Of a stretch of 64,000 nucleotides of DNA, positions 1-11,900 are shown piece after piece (the stretch's first letter is position 1; every line of letters begins with the position of its first letter). Source of the DNA: Lingula anatina (lineage: Eukaryota > Animalia > Brachiopoda); the NCBI GenBank assembly GCA_051362555.1, contig CM120641.1, forward strand, positions 35,160,401-35,224,400, given 5' to 3'. Both the position numbers and the translations under genes were made by a program. The notes under the pieces are model-generated. The model did no database searches. It was not told the origin of the DNA and worked only from the letters and a program-made list of their open reading frames with translations.

Positions 1-2431
1 TGCAGTAAGCAAAATATGTTGAGAGAATTTGGCAGCAAAACTATACGTCTTAGCTCTGCCAATACTTATTCCTATAAAAAAGGTAAGTCTTTACAACTTT
101 GTTTTTCTACTCAAAATGAAGTTCATATAAGCTTTGTATCACTGTGAGATGTGGAAATTACTTTTCAATGGGAAAAATCATGAATTTTACAGGTACTGTA
201 TTTATAAAGTCATAAATTCTTCAAATTAAAACATACAATTGAAAGGTAGTAACAAAACTGAAAAGCAGGCTACCTCAAAGTTTCATTCTATACAATTAAA
301 GCACCACAAATGCAACACAAACATATATTTTTGATGCTTTCAAAATAAATATATCTGAAACATTTAAATGTTAAAATATCTTTTCCCCATTGATAACAGT
401 ATCATCACAGTATTTGAGTGAAATCTTTGATAAGACAAAAAAAAACACAACCCTCCTTCTTTATATTTCAGTTGATGTCACACTACGGGAATACGTAGAA
501 AATATATTAAAGCCACAAAGTTTGTACACATTAGGAAATGGTAAGTAACTTTTCCTAAACATAGGCATGTTATGAATTATTTCAGTGGCATTTTTTTTCT
601 ATTCTGGTTGGTGCAACATATTCCTTGTATGTCATACTGGTATGTTGCATGGGGACACATTTTTCTCCTCAATTTACACTGGTCTTCTTATTTCATTTTT
701 ATTTTAGAAACACTATACTGGTTTGGTGATAACAACTACACAGAGTGGAGTGATCTGTTTGAGCAGTATAACCAGCCACAGTGGAAACTACCAAAGACTG
801 AAGGAGTGCTTAGCTTTGGGCTTGCAGGTAAGGTGTCCACTGAAGTACATGTAGTCTAGGGCATATAGTGACAGCAACATCTACTAGGGAACCTATATTC
901 CCCATGGATGGACAGCGATATTCCTCTTATCTTGGGTGCTAGATTTATAAAACCCGACAAGGTGAAATAAAATTTGACTTTGGTTTGAAACTACCAGTAT
1001 AATAGCTTCTTTGAAAAGCACCCAAGGAATCCTTACACAGAACCTTTTATGAGTGACATTTGAAATAAGATCTTTTTTCTTACAGCAATTTTACTTCATT
1101 TGAAATGCTGATATTTGGCATTATATTTCACATTTTTTTTCAATTTTTCTGGAAAGGTGCCGGTACAGGTGTACCTTTCCATTTTCATGGGCCAGGGTTT
1201 GGAGAAGTCATTTATGGGAGAAAGGTAAGGTATTACACCATTACAAATGTGTATCAGTTAGGAGAAACATGCATTGGTTTTATCATTTTTGTGTGTCTGT
1301 TTTTGTTTAAGATTTGAGAAGGCATTATAAAATGATTTATTCAGGCATGTTTCTTGTTTTTTGTCAGAAACGTTATTTCCAAAGCATCAGTTTCAATAAG
1401 TTCTGCAATACACTTATGGTTGGACCATTTTGGTTTTAGCAAGTTGTTCAGCTAGTTCTCTCACCTGATTGTTTTCCTAGCAAGCATTTCATTAAAATTT
1501 CAACAAACATGTCAGTTTTATCCTAGCAATAAAACTGTTTTATCGTGGAAGTATATTTGATAAAATTCCCTCATTTTATCAAAGTGATAAATCTACATTT
1601 TTTTCTTTTTTTTTTCATTCCAGCGCTGGTTTCTAACTCCTCCTGAGCAAAAGCCATCATTTGACCCAGACCAGACCACTCTTCACTGGTTAGTGAACAA
1701 TTACCCACATCTAAGTGAAAATGAAAAACCTCTTGAGTGCACAATTGGACCAGGAGATGTAAGTAATTTTTTTCAGTCTCATACAGGGCTTTTCCCAGGA
1801 TTTTAGGGAAAAGGCTATCCAAAATTATCACCTGTAATTTCTTACAAAATTGCAGGGAGTCCAAGCCATCATTTTTTCAAAAAGATTCACAAGCTGTACA
1901 GCCGTCTTTGAAAATATTGGCCGTCTAGAGATGCCAATTGATTGCTGAAAAAAGCCGTGGTCTCATATTATGTTAGTTGAAACTTTTAATTATTTAGTTT
2001 ATGGATTTGTTTGGTTGCTGAAACATCAGCATTACCTCTCATTTTGCTCTTGTGTATGTACATTGTGAAAAAGAAGACTAAAGTACCTGCATAAATTCTT
2101 GAAACACTTTTCATTCTCAGACTGAAAGAAACAAAGCAAATAAGTAACACAAAATTATAATTTCTTGGCTATAATATTACAATAGTTAATTCAAATACAT
2201 GTACATATATGAATATGGATATTTTTGTTTTTTCTATAATATGACAGTGTGAAGTTATATTTTTATTGTGATTTTAAAATACTATTTTCATGCTGACTTC
2301 AGGCATAAACAATTTATTACATTTTATATTTTTTTTCTTTCCAGCTCATATACTTTCCAGACAGGTGGTGGCATGGCACATTAAATATTGATACCAGTGT
2401 TTTTATTTCTACATTTCTTGGGCCAATGTAG
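1..2431 (+). CDS. JMJD8: JmjC domain-containing protein 8, 3' exons (5' end outside window)
   Basis: Phase-consistent GT-AG exons <1-82, 472-540, 708-827, 1157-1224, 1624-1758, 2345-2431(TAG). They read ..IRLSSANTYSYKK|VDVTLREYV..|ETLYWFGDNNYTEW..SFGLAG|AGTGVPFHFHGPGFGEVIYGRK|RWFLTPP..ECTIGPGD|LIYFPDRWWHGTLNIDTSVFISTFLGPM*, matching the recalled JMJD8 C-terminal half. Confidence 0.95.
1784..1959. mobile_element. hAT-like MITE in JMJD8 intron
   Basis: TIR-like ends CAGGGCTTTT / AAAAGCCGTG flanked by a perfect 8-bp duplication GTCTCATA (1776-1783, 1960-1967). Confidence 0.75.
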
Positions 2432-2649
2432 TTAACTTGAAATACCTAACATTCTCTCCAAGTAAGAACATTATTGAAAACATCGTATGGCTGATAATCA
2501 GCTATGGCTCAATTTCAAGGGTGCCAAGCCTGCTGTAACAAGAGAAATAAAATTTTCTGACAAGGAATAACTCTTTTTAGCAAAGTAAATCAATATTCCA
2601 AGAATATTTTTTAACTATAAATTGTTACATAAATAAATACCTTGCAATG

Positions 2650-2712
2650 GTTTTGCTTCTGTCAGTGTTCACATGTCATGTTTTGCTTCTGTCAACGTTC
2701 ACATGTCATGTT
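2650..2712. repeat. 2 x 30-bp tandem duplication in JMJD8 3' UTR
   Basis: GTTTTGCTTCTGTCA(GT/AC)GTTCACATGTCAT occurs twice in tandem. Confidence 0.85.
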
Positions 2713-2969
2713 TATCATTTTATTTGTGAATGTTAGTTATAAACTTTTGGTATTAATTTATTTTTACCATAGTGCAACTTTTAAAAGGAAAGCCTTTTTA
2801 TTAAAAATATTTTATTGGACTTTTGCATTTATTGTGATTGTGAAAAAATAAACCTTACGTATATACTTTTGTTACTCCTCATTCTATGAATTAATGATTT
2901 AATCCATGTTTTGCCTCTTAGGCCAACTGTTTATTCCTTTACACAAAAGGAGTTGCTTGAGGTCATTCA

Positions 2970-5900
2970 TCAATTTTTTGGTGAAGACAGTTGAATCATC
3001 TTTTTACAGAAGTTTGAGATACAGTAATAATTTCCGTCCCGCTCCCATCTGTCTTGCCTCACTTTGTTGCACCAGTCTCTCCACTGTGTTGGTGTTTGTA
3101 GAGATGCCATGTCGTCATACTGCTGACACCTGAATGAGTCATTGAAATGTGAAAATTGTGCTTATATTAAACTTTTCAGTTCTGATGAAAAACATGTACA
3201 AACAGTCTGATGTCAATGAAAATTATCATGGGGATTATGACTCTTATAAGATACTTGTGAGCCTTTTTTTTAGCTATTTGCTCATGATTCTTACACGCAA
3301 GGAATTCTATGCACAATCAGGTGTGTGACGTGACACATTTTTGTAATTTACCAAACAATCACAAAGGCGTTTGTCCAATCTAGGAACTTATTTGTGACCA
3401 GTGTTATCTAAAGTGATTGGAAATAGCATATTATGAATGTATGTGTAACAGACGGACTCTCTGGTTGTGTAAAATTTTATTGCTACAACTAAAATTTTCA
3501 CCCTGTAATAAAGGTGAGATATAATTAAATAAAATGACATACAACAAATAACTTATAATTCTAAAGTTTACCTCTATGATAAGGAAATAATAAATTTGAT
3601 ATAGATAATTACGGTTTATAAAAGCTATAACGGCTTACCCTGATCTTATTCAAGGGCGTTTATAAAGAGTGCTGGATATACGTCTTGGTCTGAAAACTAA
3701 AGATTAGAAAACGATGTAATACAGTATAGTATAGTGAAGTTGGATACGCAAAAGACAAGATAAAATATAACTAGAATTAAGTAGACGACATCCAACTTAC
3801 CACATAGAAACAGACAGATGAACAGCAACTTCAGCACTATTAGAAAATACCGCGTCAATGCCTTTTATAATGTGAAGTCACGTGGCAAAGACGCGGGAAG
3901 ACAGAACAAAGGGACATAGACAAAAGAACAGACAAAGGAACAATTAGAGGGCGTCAGAGCTACATCAAGTCACAAGACAAGACGAGTGACGAGTTCATAT
4001 TTACACATAGTTACACTCTCCCCCCTCCAGTGAAATGTCGTCCCGACATACACCAATACATACAAAAAAAAAACACAAATATAAATACACAAATATTTAC
4101 ATTCAAAATGTTCCTTTATTAAACAATATATTTATGTAAGATTATACAAATGAGATATATATCAATTACTCATCAACCGTAAAATATCTTCGCAAATCCC
4201 CGCAACCTGAGACATAACTAAATAATCAGGCGGTTTGCGATGTCGCGTACTCCTTCTGGGGATTGGAATGGGTGTGCGAGGCACAGGTACTGGAACCTTC
4301 CTCACACTCTCAACATCTCGGGAAATTTGATCTTCAGCACCATCGGACACCAATGATTCACTGGCAACTGACTCCTGTTCAGCTGTCTCAACTGTGTCCG
4401 GTGCTGCAACTTCTTCCACTGTATGCTCCGTCTCACTATCACTTCTACGTATACCAGCATTCTCTTCAAGTTCTCTGTACACACTATCACCTACAAACAC
4501 ATATTCATCTTCCTCATCTACACTACTGCTACTACTACCTTCACTACTGTCTTTCCTCACTCGCACTCTCTTTTCTCTCATTTGATTACGACGTCTCAAT
4601 GACTTTCTCTCCCTCGGCTTTGGTCTCTCTATGATGGTTTTCTCTGAAATAGGAAGTTGCGATATTGGTAATAACAGATTCCTGTGAAGCACACGTTTTT
4701 CTCCCAACTTATTTTCTTTTTCTACAACATAAACTGGTATATCATGATTAGGCTGGGCACGAACAATATATGCATCTTGTTCCCAGCGGTCAGCTATTTT
4801 GTGCTTGCCCTGAAATGCTACAACCTTAACCAATACCCGATCTCCCACTTCTAAGACAGAACCTCTCGCTCGTTTATCATATTGCTTCTTTTGTTGTGTC
4901 TGGCTAATTTCTGTTTTGCTCTGTGCTAACCTGTAAGCCTGCAAAAGACGTTCTTTCAGATTATCAACATATTCACAATAATCAGAAAAACTCTGGTTAT
5001 CTGGTGTTAAGCCAAATACTACATCTATAGCCAACCTCGGCTTTCGTCCAAACATAAGCTCGTATGGAGTAAAACCTGTAGTTTCATGTACTGTACTGTT
5101 GTAAGCATGAATAAGAGGCGCAACGTATTTTTTCCAGTCGATCTTCTGATCTGGCTCTAGTGTCCCTAACATGTCTAAAAGTGTACGGTTAAGTCTTTCG
5201 GTAATGCCATTACCCATAGGATGATAACTAGTCGTACGTGATTTCTCCATCCCACTTAATTGACATATTTCCTTGATCAATTTCGATTCAAAATTTGTAC
5301 CTTGATCACTATGAATCCGTTTTGGAAAGCCGAAATGGTAAACAAAATTTTGTAAAAAGGCATTAGCTGTTGTTTTTGCTGTTTGGTTCTTAGTGGGAAC
5401 AGCTACTGCAAATTTTGTAAAATGGTCAGTTATGACTAAAATGTTTTGATACCCACCTTTTGATGTTTCCAAAGTCAAAAAATCCATACAAACGAGTTCT
5501 AAAGGCTGTGTACTTTGTATATTCACTAAAGGAGCTTTTGAATTTGATGGGGACTTACGTTTCAAGCATCGTTCGCATGTTCTAATCCAGTTTTCTAAAT
5601 CAACTGCCATACGTGGCCAATAAAATCTTTGCCTCAAGTTTAACATTCCCCTTTCTTTACCTAAATGGCCAACGTCGTTGTGTACTCCCTTCATTGCTGT
5701 CGCTCTGTGACTTTTCGGTAGGACTAACTGGAATCTTGTTTCTCCAGCTATTTCTGCCTTCCTGTACAAAATACCGTTTCTCACCTCTAATCGTGGAAAT
5801 TCTTTACAAAATGCTTTCATCTCTCCCTCTTGCAATTCTGAAACAACTGGTTTCTGCTTATTCTCAACTCCTTTTAGAAAAAAACTTACCACTTCGTCCT

Positions 5901-8900
5901 TCATTTGTTCTGATCTCCAATCCACTGGAGTGAAGTCACTAGAGTCTAATACTTGCTCATCTACAATCTGTGCTGACATACAGATGCTTTCTAAATAACC
6001 AGTGTCGGTTTTCTGGCAAATAGATCTTATGACATCTTTAGAAATTTCGTCATACTCACCTTCACTGTTTTGAGGTTTTCTTGAAAGTCCGTCGGCATCA
6101 GCATTAGCCTTTCCAGCACGATACCGAATAGTGAAGTCATAATTACTCAAGGCAGCAATCCAGCGGTGTCCTGTAGCATCCAGTTTTGCAGTTGTAAGAA
6201 CATATGTTAATGGGTTGTTGTCTGTGTAGACTACAAATGTGTTACCATAAAGATAATCATGAAACTTTTTAGTAACAGCCCATTTCAATGCTAAAAACTC
6301 TAATTTGTGAACAGGGTAGTTTCTTTCACCTTTCGTGAGGCCTCTAGAAGCAAAACTAATGACTCGTTCCTTACCTTCATTTTCCTGGTATAACACAGCT
6401 CCTAGACCAGTCTGACATGCATCGGTGTGTAAAAAAAATGGCTTGCTAAAATCTGGGTAAGCTAACACAGGTGGTGATGACAAAATGCCTTTCAACGTAT
6501 CAAAAGCTAGCTGCTCATCATCTTTCCACTGCCAACATGCATTCTGCTTAGGTGACTTTTTACCTTTTCTTTTCTTTACAGTTTTGGCATCTACCGGGTC
6601 AGTAAGTAAGTTGTACAATGGTCTAGCAATTTTTGAATAGTCCTTTACAAACTTACGGTAGTAGCCCGTGAAACCCAAGAATATTCTCAATTCATCTGCA
6701 GTTTTCGGGACAGGCCAGTTCTTTACCTTTTCAATCTTTGCTGGGTCAGCTTCAATGCCTCTTGAAGATACAATGTAACCAATAAAACATACCTTTTCCT
6801 GGAAAAGTTTGCATTTCTTTGGAGATAGCTTAAGACCTGCTTGTCTAAAGCGCTCAAAGACCAAGCTGAGATGATCCAAATGTTCTGAGAAAGATTTTGA
6901 CGCTACAATCACATCATCCAAATAAATGTGACAAAACTTCTCACCTGAGTCATGGATACCATCCAGAGTCTCCTCCATCATACGCTGATATGTTGCTGGA
7001 GCATTGCATAGCCCAAAAGGAAGTTTGTTATATTCATACAAACCCAATGGTCCGACAGTAAATGCAGTGTACTGTTTATGTGCTTCTTCAATGGGGACTT
7101 GATGATAACCACTCTTCATATCTAAAACGCTATAAAACAGCTTACCTCCAATATCATCAAGGAGTTCTTCAGTCCGTGGTAATGCAAAGGCATCCTTCAC
7201 AGTACGTTGATTCAGCTGTCTATAGTCAACACACAATCTCAGACTACCATCTTTCTTCTTTACAAGTACAATATTTGAAGCCCAAGGACTTTGGCTTTTT
7301 CTTATTACACCTGAGTTAAGAAGTTGTCTGATGTGATTTCTTACCTCTTGGTACATAGAGGGTGGAATCCTCCTATGTCTCTGCTTAAAAGGCTCATGAT
7401 TTGACAAGACTATCCTGTGTTTAACCAAACTGGTGAAACCTACATCCTCATCACTTTGAGAAAATATATCTGAATAACCTTGGATAAAATCACTCACCTT
7501 CCTGAATTTCTCATCAGATAAATCTTTGTTCAGATCTATCTGAGACAAATATTCCATGTTGTCATTGTTTGAACCACCATGATCCTCTTCTTCACCGTCC
7601 AACTCCTGGCATGCCTGTATCTGACAAATTACACTTTTAGGTGCTATGACAACTGGATATGTGTTAAGGTTACTCACCTGAACAGGTAAAACTTCTTGTT
7701 CTTTGGTATCAACCAAAGCTGGAGTAATGGTTACCCCTCTTGGTAAAACTGACTTCTCCCATGGCTGCAAGATACCTACCTTTGGTAAAACGTCCAATTT
7801 CCTATCAATACAGCCCTTGATTAAAACTGAAGTATTGCTTGGAATAACTACTTTGTCAGAGATAGCAGATTTTACAATACCTATCTGTCCGTTGTTTCTT
7901 TTCAGTCTATCATGCATCGACTTCAGGCACCTCATGGAGAGTAACAGAGAGCTTGGAATGTGTTTAGCTTGCTGAAACCTTACACCATACTTGCTCTCTA
8001 CATTTTTCATGATGAGTTCTAAAACATTAGTTCCTAGAACAATAGGCACATCCTTACCATACTTTGTATCGGCCACAACCAACATGACACAGCTTATTGG
8101 GTCAGATACACCTGGAATACTAATGTCTACCTCAACATAACCAGAGTAAGGTAATGTCTGACCTCCAGCTACCTCAATTTCCAACTGACAAAGATCTAAT
8201 TGTTTCAGAGGATAAACCTGCTCTATTCTCTTGTATGCATTTTCACAAATTGTTGATACATTGGCACCAGTGTCTAATAAGGCTGAAAAAGAACATTTGT
8301 CAATAGCAATTATACATTCATTAGAATCGCCCACTAAATTTGGAGTATTTTTAACAACCTTTGGAGATTTTGAGTCTGTTGCACTGGCTAAACAGACTCT
8401 TTGGAGTTTAAATGAGCACTAATGTCTGCTCTACACCCAACAGCAACATGACCAGGTTGTCCACATCTGAAACAAATAATTTCTTTTGATGCATTGTTTA
8501 TCTGGCTATTCCTGTTGGTTACTGAAAAAGAACGTTGACCTGAAAAGGAAGAATAAGTACGACCTCTTCCTCTTCTATAGCCACGGCCTTGGCCTCTACC
8601 AATACCTCTGGTACGTGGAATTCTATCTGAAACGTGAACTGATTCTTGACCAGAAGACATTGCAGCATTATTTTCCAATGCATTAAAGCGTTTCTCTATT
8701 CTATCAAATCTACTATTGATCTGATTAATCATGCCTCTTAGTTCACAATCATTGGACTTAGTCTCTGCAGTAGTCTGCTTCACATGAACAGATTTTATGT
8801 TTTTATTCTCCGATGGTAAAAGTCCTAACTCACTTTCTATTTTCCGGGACTCGACTCTCAATTGATCAAAAGTCAGCTCTGCATCCAGTTTATGTCTCAA

Positions 8901-11900
8901 CGCCTCTTTAAGTGGCTTATGCAGTCCACTCCAGAACTTTATACGTAGCATGTCATTCCTGGAGTCTGTAGACATAATGTGATCATCTAGCGCACGGTAT
9001 AAAATATCTTCAAGTCTGCAACCCCATTCAGCCACGCTCTCACCTTCCTTTTGATTCGCGCTGTAAAACTTCGAAAGAAGATTTTCTCGATCTTCTACTG
9101 CACCGTATATGCCCTTGAATTTAGCAAGAATTTCATCTAAAGTGCAATTTATTCCCAATCTTTGCACGATCTTTGCAGCCTCTCCTCTTAAAGATTTTTT
9201 AACCGCGGTGGAGACCACATGCTCGGGAAAAACACGTCCACTACGAAGAGAATTGACCTCAAAGCACCAAGCTTCATATGTGGCATCTTTATTAAAATCA
9301 CCAGAGAAAATTGTGAGTTTGGGCGCGGTATAATATGGAGGAGGCATATATTCTCGCGACTGCGAATATGTACTACGTTCACCACGTTCTTCGCGTTCAT
9401 GACCTCTTACGTACTCTTCCATCCACTGCTCAAGGTGGTCAGAATCTGGGTTCGCATCAAGTGCTTCAAACGCGGCAACAAGTTTATCTTTCTCTTTATC
9501 AGACATTCGCGTACCCCCAGTAGCCATGTCTTACAGAATTGTAAATACCAGATAGCCAAGCAAAAGTATAAATTCAAATTGAAATTTCAGCAGTCTTAAG
9601 AGTAAAACCACTCTGGGCAAAGCTAATACGGATGAACCGAAATGGGTTTGAAACATAAAATAATAAAAAGTATGAATGCAAAGAAATGAAGTAAACCAAT
9701 GAAATGATGTGAAATCAATGAAAGGAAATCAAAGAACTCAAAATGAATGTAACAATAAAAGTTGAATAGAACTCAACTGGAAAATCATATACTAAAATAA
9801 GCAGATTTTTTTAACTAAAGAAATCAATAGCTTGGGAAGAAACTGTAAAGAAAATTGGAACTAAATTTTGAGGAAATAAGAGAAAAGCAAATCAAGATAT
9901 TCTACAAGGAATAAAAATTAGGGTTAGCCGTTTAGTATATTGTAATGAAAAATAAATTTGAACCTAAACTGATAAATTAAACCAAAGAGGTATACTCACA
10001 ATAAACTAATTGAAATAATAAACAAATTGAAAATAATTTGGTGTAATGGAACTAAATACTAATGGAACTAAATTAACTGAATAACCACAAAATAATCAAC
10101 TAAATAAAAAAACAACATCTCAACTAAAGAATAATCCAATTAAATAATGATAAATAAAAGCAATGGGGTAATTAGTAAGCAACTAAAATGTTTTAAATGT
10201 AAATTACCCTAGACAGTTTTTCTTTTAATTTAATGTATATAATCTTATTTGAACAGAAACAACTTTCCTTTAATCAAATTGCAGCACAGACATTAAAAAA
10301 CACAAGTAATCTGGCCGATTAATCTATCAACAAATAGACTTAAATTTTAGAAATTTAAATGGAGGAATAAACACACCTGACAATAGCTGAATAAATGATG
10401 GTTATCTTCGAGCCAAAAAAAAATCTTTTAAACAAATCTGAGGTTTATTTGAATCAATGCCTGTGTATAGTACGAAAAAAATATATATCAAACTATCAAT
10501 GAAAATAAATGCGTTTAATGAAATGAATGTCTAAAACATGTAGAGTCACATTCAGTTACGTCAAAATAACTTACAGTCTTCACAATAATGTGACGATCCT
10601 GAGATATTCGTGACGAACGAAATTCGTAGTCTCCAAGCTACCAAACCATGTATAAATGTCACAGAAAATGTTCCTAGTAGAATGGCTCACAACACAGTCT
10701 AAAAAGAATCGTCCTGAATGATCATCTAAGGTAAGTAACTCGGCATTCACAACCGAGGGGAAGTATGCAGGCACAGTCCTCCGTGAACGATGTCCTGAGA
10801 CAATCCAGATAGGCCAGTGACAGTTTATATGCACAGTCCAGGTATAGGTCATACAAACACAACGGTGTCGGTCAATATGGTCCGAAGACGGTTTACACGA
10901 TCCACCACTTAGTGTTCACAATTACACACATAGAGATGTCCGATGTCCACTACTCACACCGAGTCAGTGACGTTGATAATGAGACCCCGATTCATCGGCC
11001 AAACCGCCTAGCCTTGTTATAACAGGTAGACGTACAGTGGACTAATCGTAGTCGTTTGCAGTCGATTGACATGTAGGGGTCCCGGCTCGCGGCACCATTT
11101 GTAACAGACGGACTCTCTGGTTGTGTAAAATTTTATTGCTACAACTAAAATTTTCACCCTGTAATAAAGGTGAGATATAATTAAATAAAATGACATACAA
11201 CAAATAACTTATAATTCTAAAGTTTACCTCTATGATAAGGAAATAATAAATTTGATATAGATAATTACGGTTTATAAAAGCTATAACGGCTTACCCTGAT
11301 CTTATTCAAGGGCGTTTATAAAGAGTGCTGGATATACGTCTTGGTCTGAAAACTAAAGATTAGAAAACGATGTAATACAGTATAGTATAGTGAAGTTGGA
11401 TACGCAAAAGACAAGATAAAATATAACTAGAATTAAGTAGACGACATCCAACTTACCACATAGAAACAGACAGATGAACAGCAACTTCAGCACTATTAGA
11501 AAATACCGCGTCAATGCCTTTTATAATGTGAAGTCACGTGGCAAAGACGCGGGAAGACAGAACAAAGGGACATAGACAAAAGAACAGACAAAGGAACAAT
11601 TAGAGGGCGTCAGAGCTACATCAAGTCACAAGACAAGACGAGTGACGAGTTCATATTTACACATAGTTACATATGGCATCCGGTGTATTAGTGCGTGCTG
11701 CATTTAAATATTACCTTGAATTGCATGTGAAAGTCCCAATGTTTTCCTTTACTGCTTCACAGGAACATATTTCTGAACAATTCTTTGCCCACCACATATT
11801 GCCAATATCCGATTCAGTTAAACATTTCCCTTGATAATCTGGAATAGGGAATAACAAAAAGAAACAAGAAAATTGAAGATCAATTTTAAAAATGAATTTT

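Larger units (their letters stand above)
3444..11671 (-). mobile_element. Full-length Ty3/Gypsy LTR retrotransposon (8228 bp)
   Basis: Two 572-bp TGTAAC...GTTACA LTRs, 4-bp TSD TATG (3440-3443, 11672-11675), PBS, PPT, and intact gag and pol in PR-RT-RH-IN order. Confidence 0.98.

Noticed and set aside
4263-9599. Plus-strand ORFs overlapping gag/pol; possible env
   Set aside because: Short antisense shadows without motifs. Only ~145 bp separate the pol stop from the 3' LTR, so there is no room for env.
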